Source of the DNA: Mobula hypostoma
Lineage: Eukaryota
DNA: 64,000 nt
Assembly (NCBI RefSeq): GCF_963921235.1
Contig: NC_086097.1
Location: 199,332,001 to 199,396,000 of the forward strand
Direction: 5' to 3'
How positions within the stretch are numbered: position 1 is the first letter of the stretch; each line of letters opens with the position of its first letter. Shown here in pieces: positions 1-13,140 of this stretch. The translations under genes were made by a program, and so were the position numbers. The notes under the pieces are model-generated. The model saw only the letters and a program-made list of their open reading frames with translations, made no database searches and was not told the DNA's origin.

Positions 1-363
1 CACATACACCAGGTTCCCGCCAATCGTACCTTTTCACCCTGTGCGTCTATGGTCGGTCCCGCGACCAGACCTCCAAAAACTCCCAGCAACTTGTGGGGGC
101 ACACTGCACTTCCAGGGTCTCGTTATCTCGTGATCTCGTGGTGTCTATCTTGCCTTAGTGAACCTGTTCCTTTTATCCCCCTGCTGGGGTATCGCCTGTC
201 CATCAAACTTCAAACAGTTCAGGTTCAAAGCAACCGGTCTATCAATACTCGGAACTGTGTCTCTTTCCATTAATCTCTCTCGTCTCTCATTAACATTTGG
301 AATGTTCCTCTCTTTGTCTCTCTTATCAGCATCAATCTTCTGATAACTTGGTCTTTTGTCACA
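1..363 (-). repeat. 3' LTR (partial) of the Gmr1-type element
   Basis: Matches 4053-4112 and part of the solo LTR (42040-42235). Ends GTCACA at 358-363, next to a short purine run (GAAGCATAGGGG on minus). Confidence 0.8.
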
Positions 364-533
364 CCCCTATGCTTCAAACAATTTTTACCGGGGTAAAAAT
401 TATAGGCATGAATACATTATTAGATACACACAAATATACATGGTCATCAGCTATTTGGCTAATACAGAGAACTTTAAGTTGTCAACACCTTGACAGACAG
501 TCAACAATCACCTTTCCGTTCCTTTTATAGGTG

Positions 534-2180
534 TTATTTTAATAATCCTCTAAGACCAGGCTCCAACTTAGCCAACTTCCTAGTGGCCAAAAACACTAAT
601 GGGTTGTGATCAGTGTAAATTCTCAATGGTTTCCGTCCCGGACAAAGATAATGAGGGTCGTCCCACACAAACTTCACATTCTTTTGCAGGAGCTTAGTAA
701 GAGGGAGGGTAATATCCGCAAAGGTTTTGCAAAACTTCCGATAGTACCCCAACATCTCCAAGAACCTTCTTGGGGCTCTCTTGTCTGTCAGGGTGGGGAC
801 TTCAGACATAGCCCGCACCTTAGCCTGCATCGGTGCCAGCTGCACCTGTCTTCCCACAAATCCCAGATAAGTGATCTTTCCGTGGCCGAACTCACCTTTT
901 GCGAGGTTCACTGTCAGGCTAGCTTCAAACAGCTTTTTAAACAGCTCCTCCCACGTGTCACTCCAGACCACTAAGTCGCCAATATACGCTTCTGCGTTCT
1001 TCAGCCCTTTTGTCACTGAATTAATTATCCTATAGGGGTGTTGCTCACTAGGCTGACCTGTTGTGACAACAACACCATGTCCCGGCTCTTTGCATCGCCT
1101 CGGGACATCTGGACATACAAGTGCGTGCCGTTTAATTAGCTGTCTTAGCGGGTCGCTCTGTTCAGGGGTTAAGGGAGAGACCTTATCAGCAAAGCTGACC
1201 AAAACAATAGAGTTCTCCCATCTGGTCGGCACCATACTTACCTTTTCGAAATGGGTTTTCCCCTTATCAGGTGGCACCCTAGCCTCATTAATTTTCGTGA
1301 TAACACCGACTAGGTCTGTTCACCTATCGTGGCAAGCTGTTAACATATCAAAAGCCTGTAACTGTGTTAGCTCACGTCTACAATAGTCAATAGCATCCTT
1401 CCTCCTGTGCGGCCAGTAAAGCTCTTTCATGATTCTATCGACTGTCTTCCTCCCCCCAAAATGTCCACCGAGGGGTATCTTGTGGACCAGGTTAAGAATC
1501 TCATCCCCATAAATTTTCGGCACCACCCCCGTTCCTCATCTGCGGCACGGTACTTGGTCTCCATTTCCTCCTTAGTACTCTCTCCTTCACATAATAGCCC
1601 ACTGGATCCCTTTTTAATTCTGCTTCAGAGAGAGCTGTCTCCATCAAAACCATCAGCTCGTCGTCTCGCTCCTGTGCCAGTACAAATTCCTTCCTTGCTA
1701 ATGATAAATCTAACTCAACTCCCTCACTTCCTCCTGTTTCACTACGTTCTCTCTTACTTTCTAACCCCTCCTGGTACAAGGCTGGTAAAAACGTCTCAGC
1801 TAGATCTATATTAGCTTCGGCAGCCTTTCTGGGCATGCGCCGAGTCACTACGCAAACAGGATAAACCTGTGAGTCCATGGGCGGGGCCTCAATGCTGGCA
1901 GGCTGGCTTGTCAGTTTTACTGCTGGGTACACCTCTCCGCCGGCGAGGTCATTACCGAGTAAGACTTCCACGTCTTCCATCGGTAGTTCGGGCCTCACCC
2001 CAATCGTGACCGGTCCGGAGACCAAGTCGATTTTTAGGTGTATCTGGTGCAAAGGTACTGCTTCAGTCCCTTTTCCAATGCCTTTTTATCACCCTGACCT
2101 CCCCAGTCTGGGTCTCTGAACTAAAGTCTAACACACTCTTTAATATCAATGACTGACAAGCTCCAGTGTCTCTCCAGATC
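534..2180 (-). pseudogene. pol: pol remnant: protease, integrase N-terminal zinc-binding domain, RT and RNase H fragments
   Basis: RDTGA and VLLGNDLAG protease motifs; HKIPLGGHFG...LYWP...DYC (1320-1526); AYIGDLVVWSDTWEE (YxDD-like), GYYRKFC and IYTDHNPL (534-1277). Several frameshifts and deletions. Confidence 0.85.
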
Positions 2181-3488
2181 TATCCTGGAACTGGGTTTAA
2201 CCCCTCCTTCACCGACACCAATCTGGCCGAGATAAACCTCTTGTGCCCTTCCTGAACTTTATCAGACCTCTTCTTCCCTAGCGGTTTGTTTACCAGCTCA
2301 ATACAGCCAGCCGGAACCGTTGTTTTCCCTTTCCCCGTCTCCTTCTTTGGGGCAAAGCACCTGGACGCAAAGTGTCCGACTTTCCCACAATTATAGCATA
2401 CGACCCCAGGAGACTTCCTACCAAACTGCTTCCTGTCTACCTTATCCTTCTCACTAGTCCCCGGCTTACTTTCTGACTTTTCCAGCGGACTCTCCCCACC
2501 GTCCTGACTACCCTTCTGGTAGCCTTTACTCGGGGTAAACTTGGTTTTATGTGTCAACGCGTACTCATCCACTAACTTAGCAGTTGCGGCTAAGTTGTCT
2601 GCCTCTTTCTCATCCAGGTAGGGTCTCATACCCTCAGGGACACAACCTTTAAACTGCTCAATCAGGATTAGCTGTAGCAGTCTGTCATAATCCCCATTGA
2701 CCCCTTTCGAGGCGCACCAATGCTCACAATATGTCTTCATCTCACAGGCAAACTCTAAATACGTGCGGCCCCACTGCTTCCTCGCATTCCGGAACCTCTG
2801 CCGATATGCCTCTGGGACCAACTCATAAATCCTGAGTATGGCCTCTTTCACCACATCATACCTCTGGGCATCTTCTGCGGACAAGGCCGAGTAAGCTTGT
2901 TGGGCTTTTCCTTTAAGTACTCTGAAGCAAAACAGCCCACTTAAACCTCAGCCAGTCCTGACTTGCAGCAACTTTTTCAAAATGGAGAAAATACCGATCA
3001 ACATCGGTCTCCTCAAATGGGGGAACCAGCCTAACCTCCTGGGTCTCCCTGAACCCTCCACCTTGGTTCGGCATGGGCCCCTGCGCTGCCGTCATCTTTA
3101 ACTTCTCCAGCTCAAATTCCCTTTCCCTCTGTTTCTCTCTCGCTTCTCGTTCTAACTGCTTGTCCCTCTCTTCTCGCTCCAACTGTTTGTCCCTCTCTTC
3201 TCGCTCCAACTGTTTTACCCGGAACTGGTGCTCGAGTCTCAATTTTTCAATCTGCAGCTGTACTGCTTCTGCACCAGGTTTTCCCATAGATACCACCTCC
3301 AGCTCCCCTTGGGGAAACACACCTTTAGATACATAATGCTCTATGATAGCTCTGTGCATCTCCGCTCTCCTCATTGTCGACTTCCCCTTAAAAAGATTCA
3401 ACCGTTTGGCCACAGCTGCCAATTCTGATTTCCTGGCATCCTCTAATGCCTCCAAGGTTGGCGCCTTTAGAAATTCCTCAATCTCTAT
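2180..3488 (-). pseudogene. gag: gag remnant with coiled coil, SCAN-like capsid region and CCHC zinc knuckle
   Basis: YDVVKEAILRIYELVPEAYRQRFR (SCAN-like) and CYNCGKVGHFASRC. Probable start codon mutated to ATA at 3488; frameshift near 2915. Confidence 0.85.
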
Positions 3489-3564
3489 TTCTGCTGTTTG
3501 CCCTTTTTTTCCTTCGAGAATTTTAACCCAATCAATTTACCCTGTCCCAAATTTAGCGTTCAAA

Positions 3565-3583
3565 ATCCCGGACAAGAACCCCA
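3565..3583 (-). promoter_or_regulatory. Degenerate tRNA-Pro primer-binding site
   Basis: Minus strand reads TGGGGTTCTTGTCCGGGAT 4 nt inside the LTR end; tRNA-Pro PBS is TGGGGGCTCGTCCGGGAT. Confidence 0.75.
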
Positions 3584-3587
3584 CTTA

Positions 3588-4112
3588 TGTTACATACCCT
3601 GTAACTGGGTTGCCAAACCAGCAGAAATGGACCACTTAGTTGGAGTCTGGATTACTGGAACTAAGAAAGTTTTATTAAAGAAATAAGTAACACAGTACTC
3701 TAATAGTAAGGATATAAATGCAATAGGTTAGCAATGGTAAAACACACATGTACACAGAACTAGGATAACAGGAATCAATCAAGCTCTGTCGCAGTCTAGG
3801 GGTAAAATGATCAGTCTCAAGTGACGCAGAGTTCAGTTCAGCTTAGTACAGTTCGCAGTAATCGCTGTTGTGCCGTTGGAGAGAGAGAGAGCGAATATGC
3901 AAAATTCCTGATTCAAAACAGACCTTTGATGTTCCTCGCAGTTAGCTTTCGGTGCGAGCCCTTTTAATGTCTTCTGAGGTCACCGCCTGAGACCCCTCCA
4001 TTCCAGATATGTTTGTTCTTCCGCGGTGAACCCGGCACCCAGGCAAAGGTGGACACACACACCAGGTTCCCGCCAATCGTACCTTTTCACCCTGTGCGTC
4101 TATGGTCGGTCC
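3588..4112 (-). repeat. 5' LTR of the Gmr1-type element, truncated
   Basis: Begins TGTTAC on +, aligns with solo LTR 41556 onward. Homology to 1-60 stops at ~4112, where a Rex/Babar-type 3' tail follows. Confidence 0.85.
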
Positions 4113-6375
4113 TGCTGTTTGTGTGTAGTTTTTTCACTGATTCTAGATTCTATTTGTTGTATTGTGAATGTTTGAAAGAAAATGAATCTCAGAGTAGCTT
4201 ATGGTGACATATACATACTTCTATAATAAATTTACTTTGTACTTTGAAATGTCAGATGTGGCCCAGTCAGCAAATAATTCTTCACTTAGTGAAAGGCTTT
4301 GAGTTCAAGTTTAACTTTAATAATTTGATAAGCAATATCCGGACAAACCTCCCTGTGCAGGATTGAAGGAACACAATGTGGTGGAGCACATGAGGTGTTA
4401 AACTGAAAGCTTGGTTGCTGTCTCATATCAAGATTTGATGACAATAATTTGCAGTGAAGGGAAAGATCCCTTGTGCCTTGACCAATGTATGCCCCTTGAA
4501 AATGAACAGTTCTTTTCTGCGAATTGCAATTAATTCCTTACTGTCCCTTAAAAGATTATTTGCAAAACTGCCACTCAAATCTACCATTTTAATTAAGAAA
4601 CTTCACTACAATGGCATTGTGAATGTTCCGAATATGTCGTCATTGAACTAAACAGACTGCTGAATAGCATGGATGAAAGTCATTCTAATGCTGAAGATGT
4701 AAATAATGTTGGAATACACTTTTTAATCTCTTTGATAATAACCTTAATAAACCATAAATTTTTCTTCATTATAGAAAAACCTTCTATCTAGAGTGCTCTA
4801 ATACCTAAATTTTCATGAATAATAATCTTAATGATTAAATGTTTTTCCCTTGGGAAAGTACACAAAAATTCCAAAGCAACCCTCAGTACTCCTGAGACAG
4901 AAGTTGGGGCAGGAAAATATCATATGGGCCCTCAAATCTACATATTCCTGACCCCAAGACCTCTCTCCTGTCTGATGACTGTTGTTCTGGATTTCTTGAA
5001 TATGACCAAAGGCATATTCTGAAGCAGGGGATTCCATAGATATCCGAATAAATAAGTATTTTCTCATCTCAGAGCAAAATGGCTGACTCCTTATTCTGAA
5101 TTTATGTTCTTGGTTATAAACTCTCTAGATAAGGAAACAAGTCAAGCCTTCATATTTTCATTTGAGTATGAGATCGTCAGTAAAATCAGCATTTATTATC
5201 CATTCCTGATTGACCAGGAAGTTGAGCCAACATTTTGAACCACTGCAGTCCGTCTGGTGAAATACTGTAAATGCATGTTTAGGATGGCCAATAGCAAGCC
5301 AATCAAGTAGGGTGCTTTACTGTGAAATGTGTTGATTTTTTGAGAGTTGTTAGTAGTGCATTCATCCAGGCAAGTGGAGACTGTTACATTAAGCTCCTGT
5401 TTTGTGTTCTGTCTAGGGCAGATAGCCTACAGAGGGAGAGTCACTTGCTGCAGGATACCCAATCTAGCCATGATGTCCAATATGGCTGATTCAGTTAAGT
5501 TTCTGGTCATCAGTAGCTCCTCGGGGTATTGAATAGTGAGGGACTTGGTGATGATAATGCTTCTGAATGTCAGGGGTAGAAATTTAGAATCTCTTTTGTT
5601 GCTATAGACATCGGCTGGGACTTTTGTGGTGTGGTTATTTGTGACATGAGTCCAAGCCTCAATATTTTTTAGATATCGTTACATGGGCTGCTTCCTGAGG
5701 AGATGCAAATAGAATTGTATGTTGGTATACAAATGGGAAGGCATAAACCTTAAAATTCCCAGTATTGACTGGACCACATAAAATCTCCTGATATAATGTC
5801 AAATATGGACAGAGAAATCTAATGATCACAGAACACCTGGATAACTGCAATTTTGACAACATTTCTGAAGCGCCTTAAGCAGGCTAAGGATTGGAACACC
5901 ATCCGAAACATTCATTCACTCCACCACTGGTTCCAGTGTTCACCATCTACAAAATGACCTGCAATAATTCTCAACATCCTCTTCCAGCCCTGTATATTCT
6001 AATGCCAAAAAAGCAGGGGCAGCAAAGACATGGAAAGACTACAAGCTGAAATGCTCCTTCCAAGTCATGCATCATTTTGACTTGGAAATAAACTGTATTC
6101 CTTAATTATTCCCAAGTTAAAATTGCTAAGAGTGTCTTGGGACTGCAGTGGTACAAGCTGATAGTTGATCACCAACTTGTCATGATCGTTCAGAGAATGA
6201 CAAGAAATACTGGTTTTTGGCTGTCTTTTGGATTGGGACAAGAAGAGTGACGTTAGAGCTAAATTCTGAAAGAAGGCAGTGTTTTGAAAAACTTCTTTGA
6301 GTACAAGAAGGATGAGACTGCGCAGGCACGTGATGTAGACAGGACAGCACGGAGAGTTTAAAAAGGAGACCACTC

Positions 6376-7985
6376 AGACAGGTGAGAGTAGATATAGGAC
6401 TGATAGAAAATAATATTGAAGAAATTGTAATGGGAGATAAGGAGATGGCGGAGGAACTGAACGAGTATTTTGCATCAGTCTTTACTGAGGAAGACATCAG
6501 CAGTATACTGGATACTCAAGGGTGTCAAGGAAGAGAAGTGTGCACAGTCACAATTACGACAGAGAAGGTACTCAGGAAGCTGAATAGTCTAAGGGTAGAT
6601 AAATCTCCTGGACCAGATGGAATGCACCTTCGTGTTCTGAAGGACGTAGCTGTGGAGATTGTGGAGGCATTAGCAATGATCTTCCAGAAGTCCATAGATT
6701 CTGGCATGGTTCCGGAGGACTGGAAGATTGCAATTTTTTGAGGAAATTGCAAGTAGGCTAGACAAGGGAGATGCATTGGATGTTGTGTATTTGGAATTTC
6801 AGAAGGCCTTTAACAAGGTGCCTCACATGAGGCTGCTTAACAAGATAAGAGCCCATGGAATTATGGGAAAGTTACATACGTGAATAGAGTATTGGCTGAT
6901 TGGCAGGAAACAGAGAGTGGGAATAAAGGGATCCTATTCTGACTGGCTGCTGGTTACAAGTGGTGTTCCACAGGGGTCCATGTTGGGGCCGCTTCTTTTT
7001 ACTTTGTACATCAAAGATTTGGATTATGGAATAGATGGCTTTGTGGCTAAGTTTGCTGATGATACAAAGATAGGTGGAGGGGCTGGTAGTGCTGAGGAAA
7101 CAGAGAGTCTGCAGAGAGACTTGAATAGATTGGGAGAATGGGAAAAGAAGTGGCAAATGAAATACAATGTAGGAAAGTGTATGGTTATGCACTTTGGTAG
7201 AAGAAATAAATGGGCAGACTATTATTTAAATGGGGAGAGAATTCAGAGTTCTGAGATGCAACGGGACTTGAGAGTCCTCATGCAGGATATCCTTAAGGTT
7301 AACCTCCAGGTTGAGTTGGTGGTGAAGAAGATGAATGCAATGTTGGCATTCATTTCTAGAGGAACAGAGTATAGGAGCAGGGATGTGATGTTGAGGCTCT
7401 ATAAGGCACTGGTAAGACCTCACTTGGAGTAATTTGTGCAGTTTTGGGCTCCTTATTTAAGAAAAGATGTGCTGATGTTGGAGAGGGTACAGAGAAGATT
7501 CACTAGAATGATTCCAGGAATGAGAGGGTTAACATATGAGGAACATTTGTCCGCTCTTGGACTGTATTCCTTGGAGTTTAGAAGAATGAGGGGAAACCTC
7601 ATAGAAACATTTCGAATGTTGAAAGGCATGGACAGAGTGGATGTGGCAAAGTTGTTTCCCATGATGGGGGAGTCTAGTACGAGAGGGCATGACTTAAGGA
7701 TTGAAGGGTGCCCATTCAGAACAGAGATGCAAAGAAATTGTTTTAGCAAGAGGGTGGTGAATCTATGGAATTTGTTGCCACGGGTGGCAGTGGAGGTCAA
7801 GTCATTGGGTGTATTTAAGGCAGAGATTGATAGGTATCTGAGTAGCCAGGACATCAAAGGTTATGGTGAAAAAGCAGGGGAGTGGGACCAAATGGGAGAA
7901 TGGATCAGCTCATGATAGAATGGCAGAGAAGTCTCGATGGACCGAATGGCCGACTTCTGCTCCCTTGTCTTATGGTCTTATGGTT
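6376..7985 (+). mobile_element. CR1 LINE, 5'-truncated (family A), 200-bp internal deletion
   Basis: DKSPGPDG, GVPQGS, KFADDTK motifs; (CTTATGGT)n tail; collinear with 45635-47438. Confidence 0.95.
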
Positions 7986-9977
7986 TTACCAGTCACGCCC
8001 TGCTCCTGAAAAATGACCAAATAAAATATGATTAAATCTTACTTAGATTTAAATCTGTTTGAAAGCAACGGAGAGAGATACAAACGGAAAAGATTACTTG
8101 ACTACACCACACACATTTAGGTGAAAAAGCATCACACATCACCACTGATGTTTTACAGGTCAGATGTACACACTTTAGTACTGTTTGCTTTCAATGTCAA
8201 TGAGTTTGCATAATATAGACAACACTTAGTGAAGTATTTGTAGATGGTCCTTAATAACTGAACATGTCCTCCATAGAAAAAAAACGTAGTAAAGACAAAG
8301 ATGATTTGATGATCAGGATATTTACACTCATAAATATATCTAAAAATGCTTTCAATAACCTATTTACAACAGCTGTCCAAAAAATGAAACTTCAATCCCC
8401 CAGAATATTCTCTGACAAAATCTTATGAGAAAATCTAGCAATCCATGTAATATTCCTATTAAAATATCTCAGTGTTACTACCATGCAAAATCTCATGCAT
8501 TGGGATACTGGATAGCATTGGCCAATTCTTTTGTTTAAAGTAATGGATTTAAAGCAATGGAATAAAATTCCCTCCTACAATTCCATGCAGTTTTAGCAAA
8601 CTGAACCTAGCATATGCATCACAGCAGTTTCTCTTTTACAAATTGGCAACTGTTTCTGAAAACTCTCACAACAATAATAGCCATGCTTCTGAATTTATCC
8701 TAAAGCTTGTTATTAAGAAAGTGCAGGCAGCCTTCCCCACACGTGGCAGTGAATAGCGGACCCAAGACTCACTAAGTATCTTTGACAAAAAACAAAATTC
8801 CATTGCTGGCAAAACCCTGAAAGATGATTTGGTGTTGTAATCTGAATGTGGTCTAGAAATTCATTTGCACATCTCTTTGAAACAAGTAGTGCTATGGAGT
8901 TAAAAATTGGCTTAATCTGGAGAGGAACAATTCTGTGCATAATGCTCAATATTTTATTGTTTGCCAAGAAAATACAATTCTGATTTTTCAGGAGGATTTT
9001 CATTCATGTCAGCACACTTTTCTGCCATAAAATTCATCCATTACCATTAACTGTAACACAAAATGCAAACTTAATCTAACCTTGTTTTCCCTAAACATAA
9101 CACTCTCATTCACGGAGATTTATAGCCAGTGTTATTAAAAGCCAACACTCAAGCACATTCTTTGTTGTTACTGAGATCTCTTGAAAGCTCTGACACAGTC
9201 AGGTATGCCTTCAGTTCCATGTTTCATTCTCAGCTTCTGTTCTTTAGGATCATTCTAGACTGCTGTTGCAGGGATTTGTCTGTATCACAAGCTTCCATAG
9301 TCACAGACATTCACAGACTGCATTCACGTCTTTGCAATGACCTTCATGGAACCTCCTGCCAGGAGCACCTGCTACAAACCTGAATGGTTCCAAGATCCAA
9401 AGAACATGCCTCCTGTCCCCATCCCACTGACCGCCACTTCTTCCACATTGCAACTTCTATTAATTCAGTAACATCATTGCCCAGTAGCTGAAATAGCGGT
9501 GTTTACATTGTAATATATTCCTTTAGAGCTGGATTCAGTGATCACACCTGCCAGGCTTCTTACTGACATCTGTGAACTTCACCCCAATAAAGAAATGTAT
9601 ACTGAAAGTGATTCCTTCGGTTTAAGGATGGTGTAACACAGGGTAATCCAACAGCACAGTTTTGTGAACCTCGCCATTTAAAAGCTCACCCATTTTGTGA
9701 AAGGCATAAGATGACTCACAATGCCACTTCAATGCTGTGAATGGCACTAATGCAATTTTTAGACCTGTGAGTTCAACTGTCACTATTTCAATCTAATGTA
9801 GTTTCTTTTTTAAATCCAGAAAGTAAGAACAAGTATCAGTAAAACTGGCCGTGAAACTATCAGATTGCTGTACAACAACAAACAACAGGAATTCTGCAGA
9901 TGCTGGAAATTCAAGCAACACACATCAAAGTTGCTGGTGAACGCAGCAGGCCAGGGAGCATCTGTAGGAAGAGGTGC

Positions 9978-10013
9978 AGTCGACGTTTCAGGCCGAGACC
10001 CTTCGTCAGGACT
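9978..10013 (-). ncRNA. Minimal type I hammerhead ribozyme
   Basis: AGUC-CUGACGA-AGG(GUCUCGG)CCU-GAAAC-GUC-GACU: stem I, conserved core, stem II and palindromic ACGU stem III. Confidence 0.8.
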
Positions 10014-10307
10014 AACTGAAGGAAGAGTGAGTAAGGGATTTGAAAGTTGGAGGGGGAGGGGGAGATCCAAAATGATAGGAGAAGACAGGAGGGGGAGGGA
10101 TGGAGCCAAGAGCTGGACAGGTGATTGGCAAAAGGGGATACGAGAGGATCATGGGACAGGAGGTCCGGGAAGAAAGACAATGGGGGGGGGACCCAGAGGA
10201 TGGGCAAGAGGTATATTCAGAGGGACAGAGGGAGAAAAAGGAGAGTGAGAGAGAGAATGTGTGCATATAAATAAGTAACAGATGGGGTACGAGGGGGAGG
10301 TGGGGCC

Positions 10308-10890
10308 TTAGCGGAAGTTAGAGAAGTCGATGTTCATGCCATCAGGTTGGAGGCTACCCAGACGGAATATAAGGTGTTGTTCCTCCAACCTGAGTGTGGC
10401 TTCATCTTTACAGTAGAGGAGGCCGTGGATAGACATGTCAGAATGGGAATGGGATGTGGAATTAAAATGTGTGGCCACTGGGAGATCCTGCTTTCTCTGG
10501 CGGACAGAGCGTAGATGTTCAGCAAAGCAGTCTCCCAGTCTGCGTCGGGTCTCACCAATATATAAAAGGCCACATCGGGAGCACCGGACGCAGTATATCA
10601 CCCCAGTCGACTCACAGGTGAAGTGTTGCCTCACCTGGAAGGACTGTTTGGGGCCCTGAATGGTGGTAAGGGAGGAAGTGTAAGGGCATGTGTAGCACTT
10701 GTTCCGCTTACACGGATAAGTGCCAGGAGGGACATCAGTGGGGAGGGATGGGGAGGACGAATGGACAAGGGAGTTGCGTAGGGAGCGATCCCTGCGGAAT
10801 GCAGAGAGAGGAGGGGAGGGAAAGATGTGCTTAGTGGTGGGATCCCGTTGGAGGTGGCGGAAGTTATGGAGAATAATATGTTGGACCCGG
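10308..10890 (-). CDS. C-terminal GIY-YIG endonuclease fragment of the Penelope-like element (open frame, no native start)
   Basis: VIYCVRCSRCGLLYIGETRRRLGDCFAEH, HFN and PDGMN motifs; upstream Cys-rich linker. Confidence 0.85.
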
Positions 10891-11814
10891 AGATTGCTGT
10901 ACAAATCAAGTTTTGTCTGTTAGAGTAGAAAACCTGCTTACTTCCCTCAATTTGGCCAATATTCAATTTCTATTCAATATCCAGCTCTACAGCATTCTGG
11001 ATGACTCATAAATGTTTTCTGAAGTGCGCTAACAAGCCACTTGTAGGTATTTAACCACTAAAAGGCTGCAGCAGTTCAAGACACCAATCACTTCATGTGG
11101 AAGCTAGAGGGAGGTGGTAAATTTCAACTCAAACAGGGGAATGAATAATAAACAGAACTCTCCATGAGCACAAACACTCAGCAAATAAATTAAAAGCCTG
11201 AAATTATTTTAGAGAATTGTTTGTATGAATTGATTATTTCATTTATTATCAACAACCAATTTCTCTGTTGATTCAGTTCCTACACAGAGCAGATGATCCT
11301 CTGGTTAAATTACTGGAAAATTAGGCAGCGATCTGAAGCAATGGATCCATGAATTCAATTCCCATCATGGCAGTTCCACTAATTACGTGAATCTAGAATT
11401 AAACACAAAATAGCGTTAGAAAAAGTGAACACACAGTAGCATTAGAAAAGCTAATGCTTTTCTTAAATTAGCATTAGGAAAAGTTACTGGAATGACTGGA
11501 AAAATAATGAATGTGTTTCAGGGAAGGAAATCTGTCATATTTTAAATCTAGTCCATTTGCACCTCCAGGGCAGCAATGTGGTTTACTCTTAAATTTCATC
11601 ACAGTGCAGAGAGAATCAGGAAGAGACAATAAATCTTGGTCTTCCAGGTGACGAATGAAAACACACAAACAAGAAACCATTTTTCAAAGAGTAAGACAAG
11701 GGGAAACCTCCACCCAGCAATTATATTATTAGGCTCCATAAGAATCTGTATTTCAACAGATTACCACCTATTCTTCTAAGCTCCAATGAGTAAAAACACA
11801 AGGCCATCTATCTC

Positions 11815-12060
11815 AGTGGTGAATGAGTTAGCTGATACTATTGCAGCTCGGGACGTCAGAGTTTAGAGTTCAATTCTGACGTCATCTGTAAGGAGTTTGT
11901 AAATCCTCCCTGTGGAATGTGTGGGTTTTCTCCAGGTGCTCTGGTTTCCTCCTACTATCCAAAGATGTACCAGTAGATTGTAAATCATCCCATGATTAGG
12001 CTACGGTTAAATTGGAGCTTCCTGGATGACGTAGCTCAAAGGGCTGGAATAAAAAAAAAT
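11815..12060 (+). mobile_element. V-SINE (HE1-like), diverged
   Basis: V-domain-like GGGTTTTCTCCAGGTGCTCTGGTTTCCTCC...TCCAAAGA; B-box-like GAGTTCAATTC; A-rich end. Confidence 0.7.
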
Positions 12061-12074
12061 AAACTCACCGTATC

Positions 12075-13140
12075 TTTTCTCCGTAAGCATTCGTTCCATA
12101 CCTAGAATCACCCTAGTAAACCTCCTTTGAATTACCTCAGGTGCCTATTCTTAAATGACAGGACTAAAACTATTCACAGTACTCACTGCTATCTAATACA
12201 TTTATAGTAAGAGTTTCTTCTTTTATACCCCAAACCTGTGAAATAAAGGTAAGCATTCCATTCAGCTTTCTGATTGCCTGTTGCATCTGAAGGTTAGCTT
12301 TCTGTGATTCATGTCCCGTTGTAATGCAGTGTTCTTCTCTTTCTCACATTTTCCCACATTATAGTCCACTTCCAAACTTCGCACCATCTCACTTAACCAT
12401 TCAAGTTATTCTGTGACCTGTCTATCTTTCACACAGATTACCTTCACACCTATTTCAAAGTTCTAAGTAAATTTATCATCAAAGTATATATATGTCACCG
12501 TATACTACTCTGAGCTTTGTTTTTTTTTGGCAACTGGAAATTACCACTGTTTATTTGTTTCATTTCTCTGAATCATTAATTTATATAGTAACCAACTATT
12601 CTTGTGCTATTGGAGCCCAGCACCAATTCCTGTGGCATCCCACAGGTTACAGGTAGCCAACCTGAAAATGACCCCTTATAAAAATGACTGACTGCTTCCT
12701 ACATGTTACCTGATCCTCGATTCATGTGAATATTTTGTTCCCAGAACCATGAGCTTCTATCTTGCCTAAACCTTCTGAAAATCTAAATATAGTTTTCCAT
12801 TATATGTTACTGGTTCTCCTTTATCTTCAGAATAAATTTGTTACACGTGATATCCCCTTCATAGTGCTCTGCTAGTTCTACTTGATTTGGCTTTCCAAAT
12901 TTACTACTTCAATAATTGATTTTAGTATTTCTCAGACAATAGGCCAATCTATAATTAGCTGCTGTTTGCTTGCAACTATTTTGAATTGAGGTATCATAAT
13001 GGCAATTTTCCAATCCTCATGCACCTCTCCAGATTCTAAGGATTTCTGGGAGATTACAACCACTGTGTCCATTATTTGTTTCAACATTTTTAGGATCCTA
13101 GGATGCAAATAGTTAAGTGCTAGGAGTGATCAGCCATTGG
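12075..13140 (-). mobile_element. Old, highly decayed CR1-like remnant
   Basis: Patchy reverse-complement similarity to the CR1 RT copies in this window (e.g. GxPQ region near 12615-12670); no ORF. Confidence 0.5.

Larger units (their letters stand above)
1..4112 (-). mobile_element. Decayed Gypsy LTR retrotransposon of Gmr1 type (gag-PR-IN-RT-RH order), internally deleted; runs off the window start
   Basis: 1-60 repeats 4053-4112 (LTR pair). Minus-strand fragments of Gag, protease (RDTGA ~2160), integrase HHCC, RT and RNase H lie in that order. Confidence 0.9.
9876..10890 (-). mobile_element. Penelope-like element, 5'-truncated, with 14-bp TSD
   Basis: AGATTGCTGTACAA at 9862-9875 and 10891-10904; GIY-YIG ORF; hammerhead motif in the 3' region. 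Confidence 0.92.

Noticed and set aside
3601..3611. GTAACTGGGTT shared with the other Gypsy LTR (24560)
   Set aside because: Only 11 bp, in opposite element orientation, with no further similarity; probably chance.
7453..7857. Recurrent ~130-aa ORFs (also 16741-17178, 29604-30008, 46920-47303)
   Set aside because: They are antisense shadows of the CR1 RT C-terminus and recur only because the CR1 copies are related.
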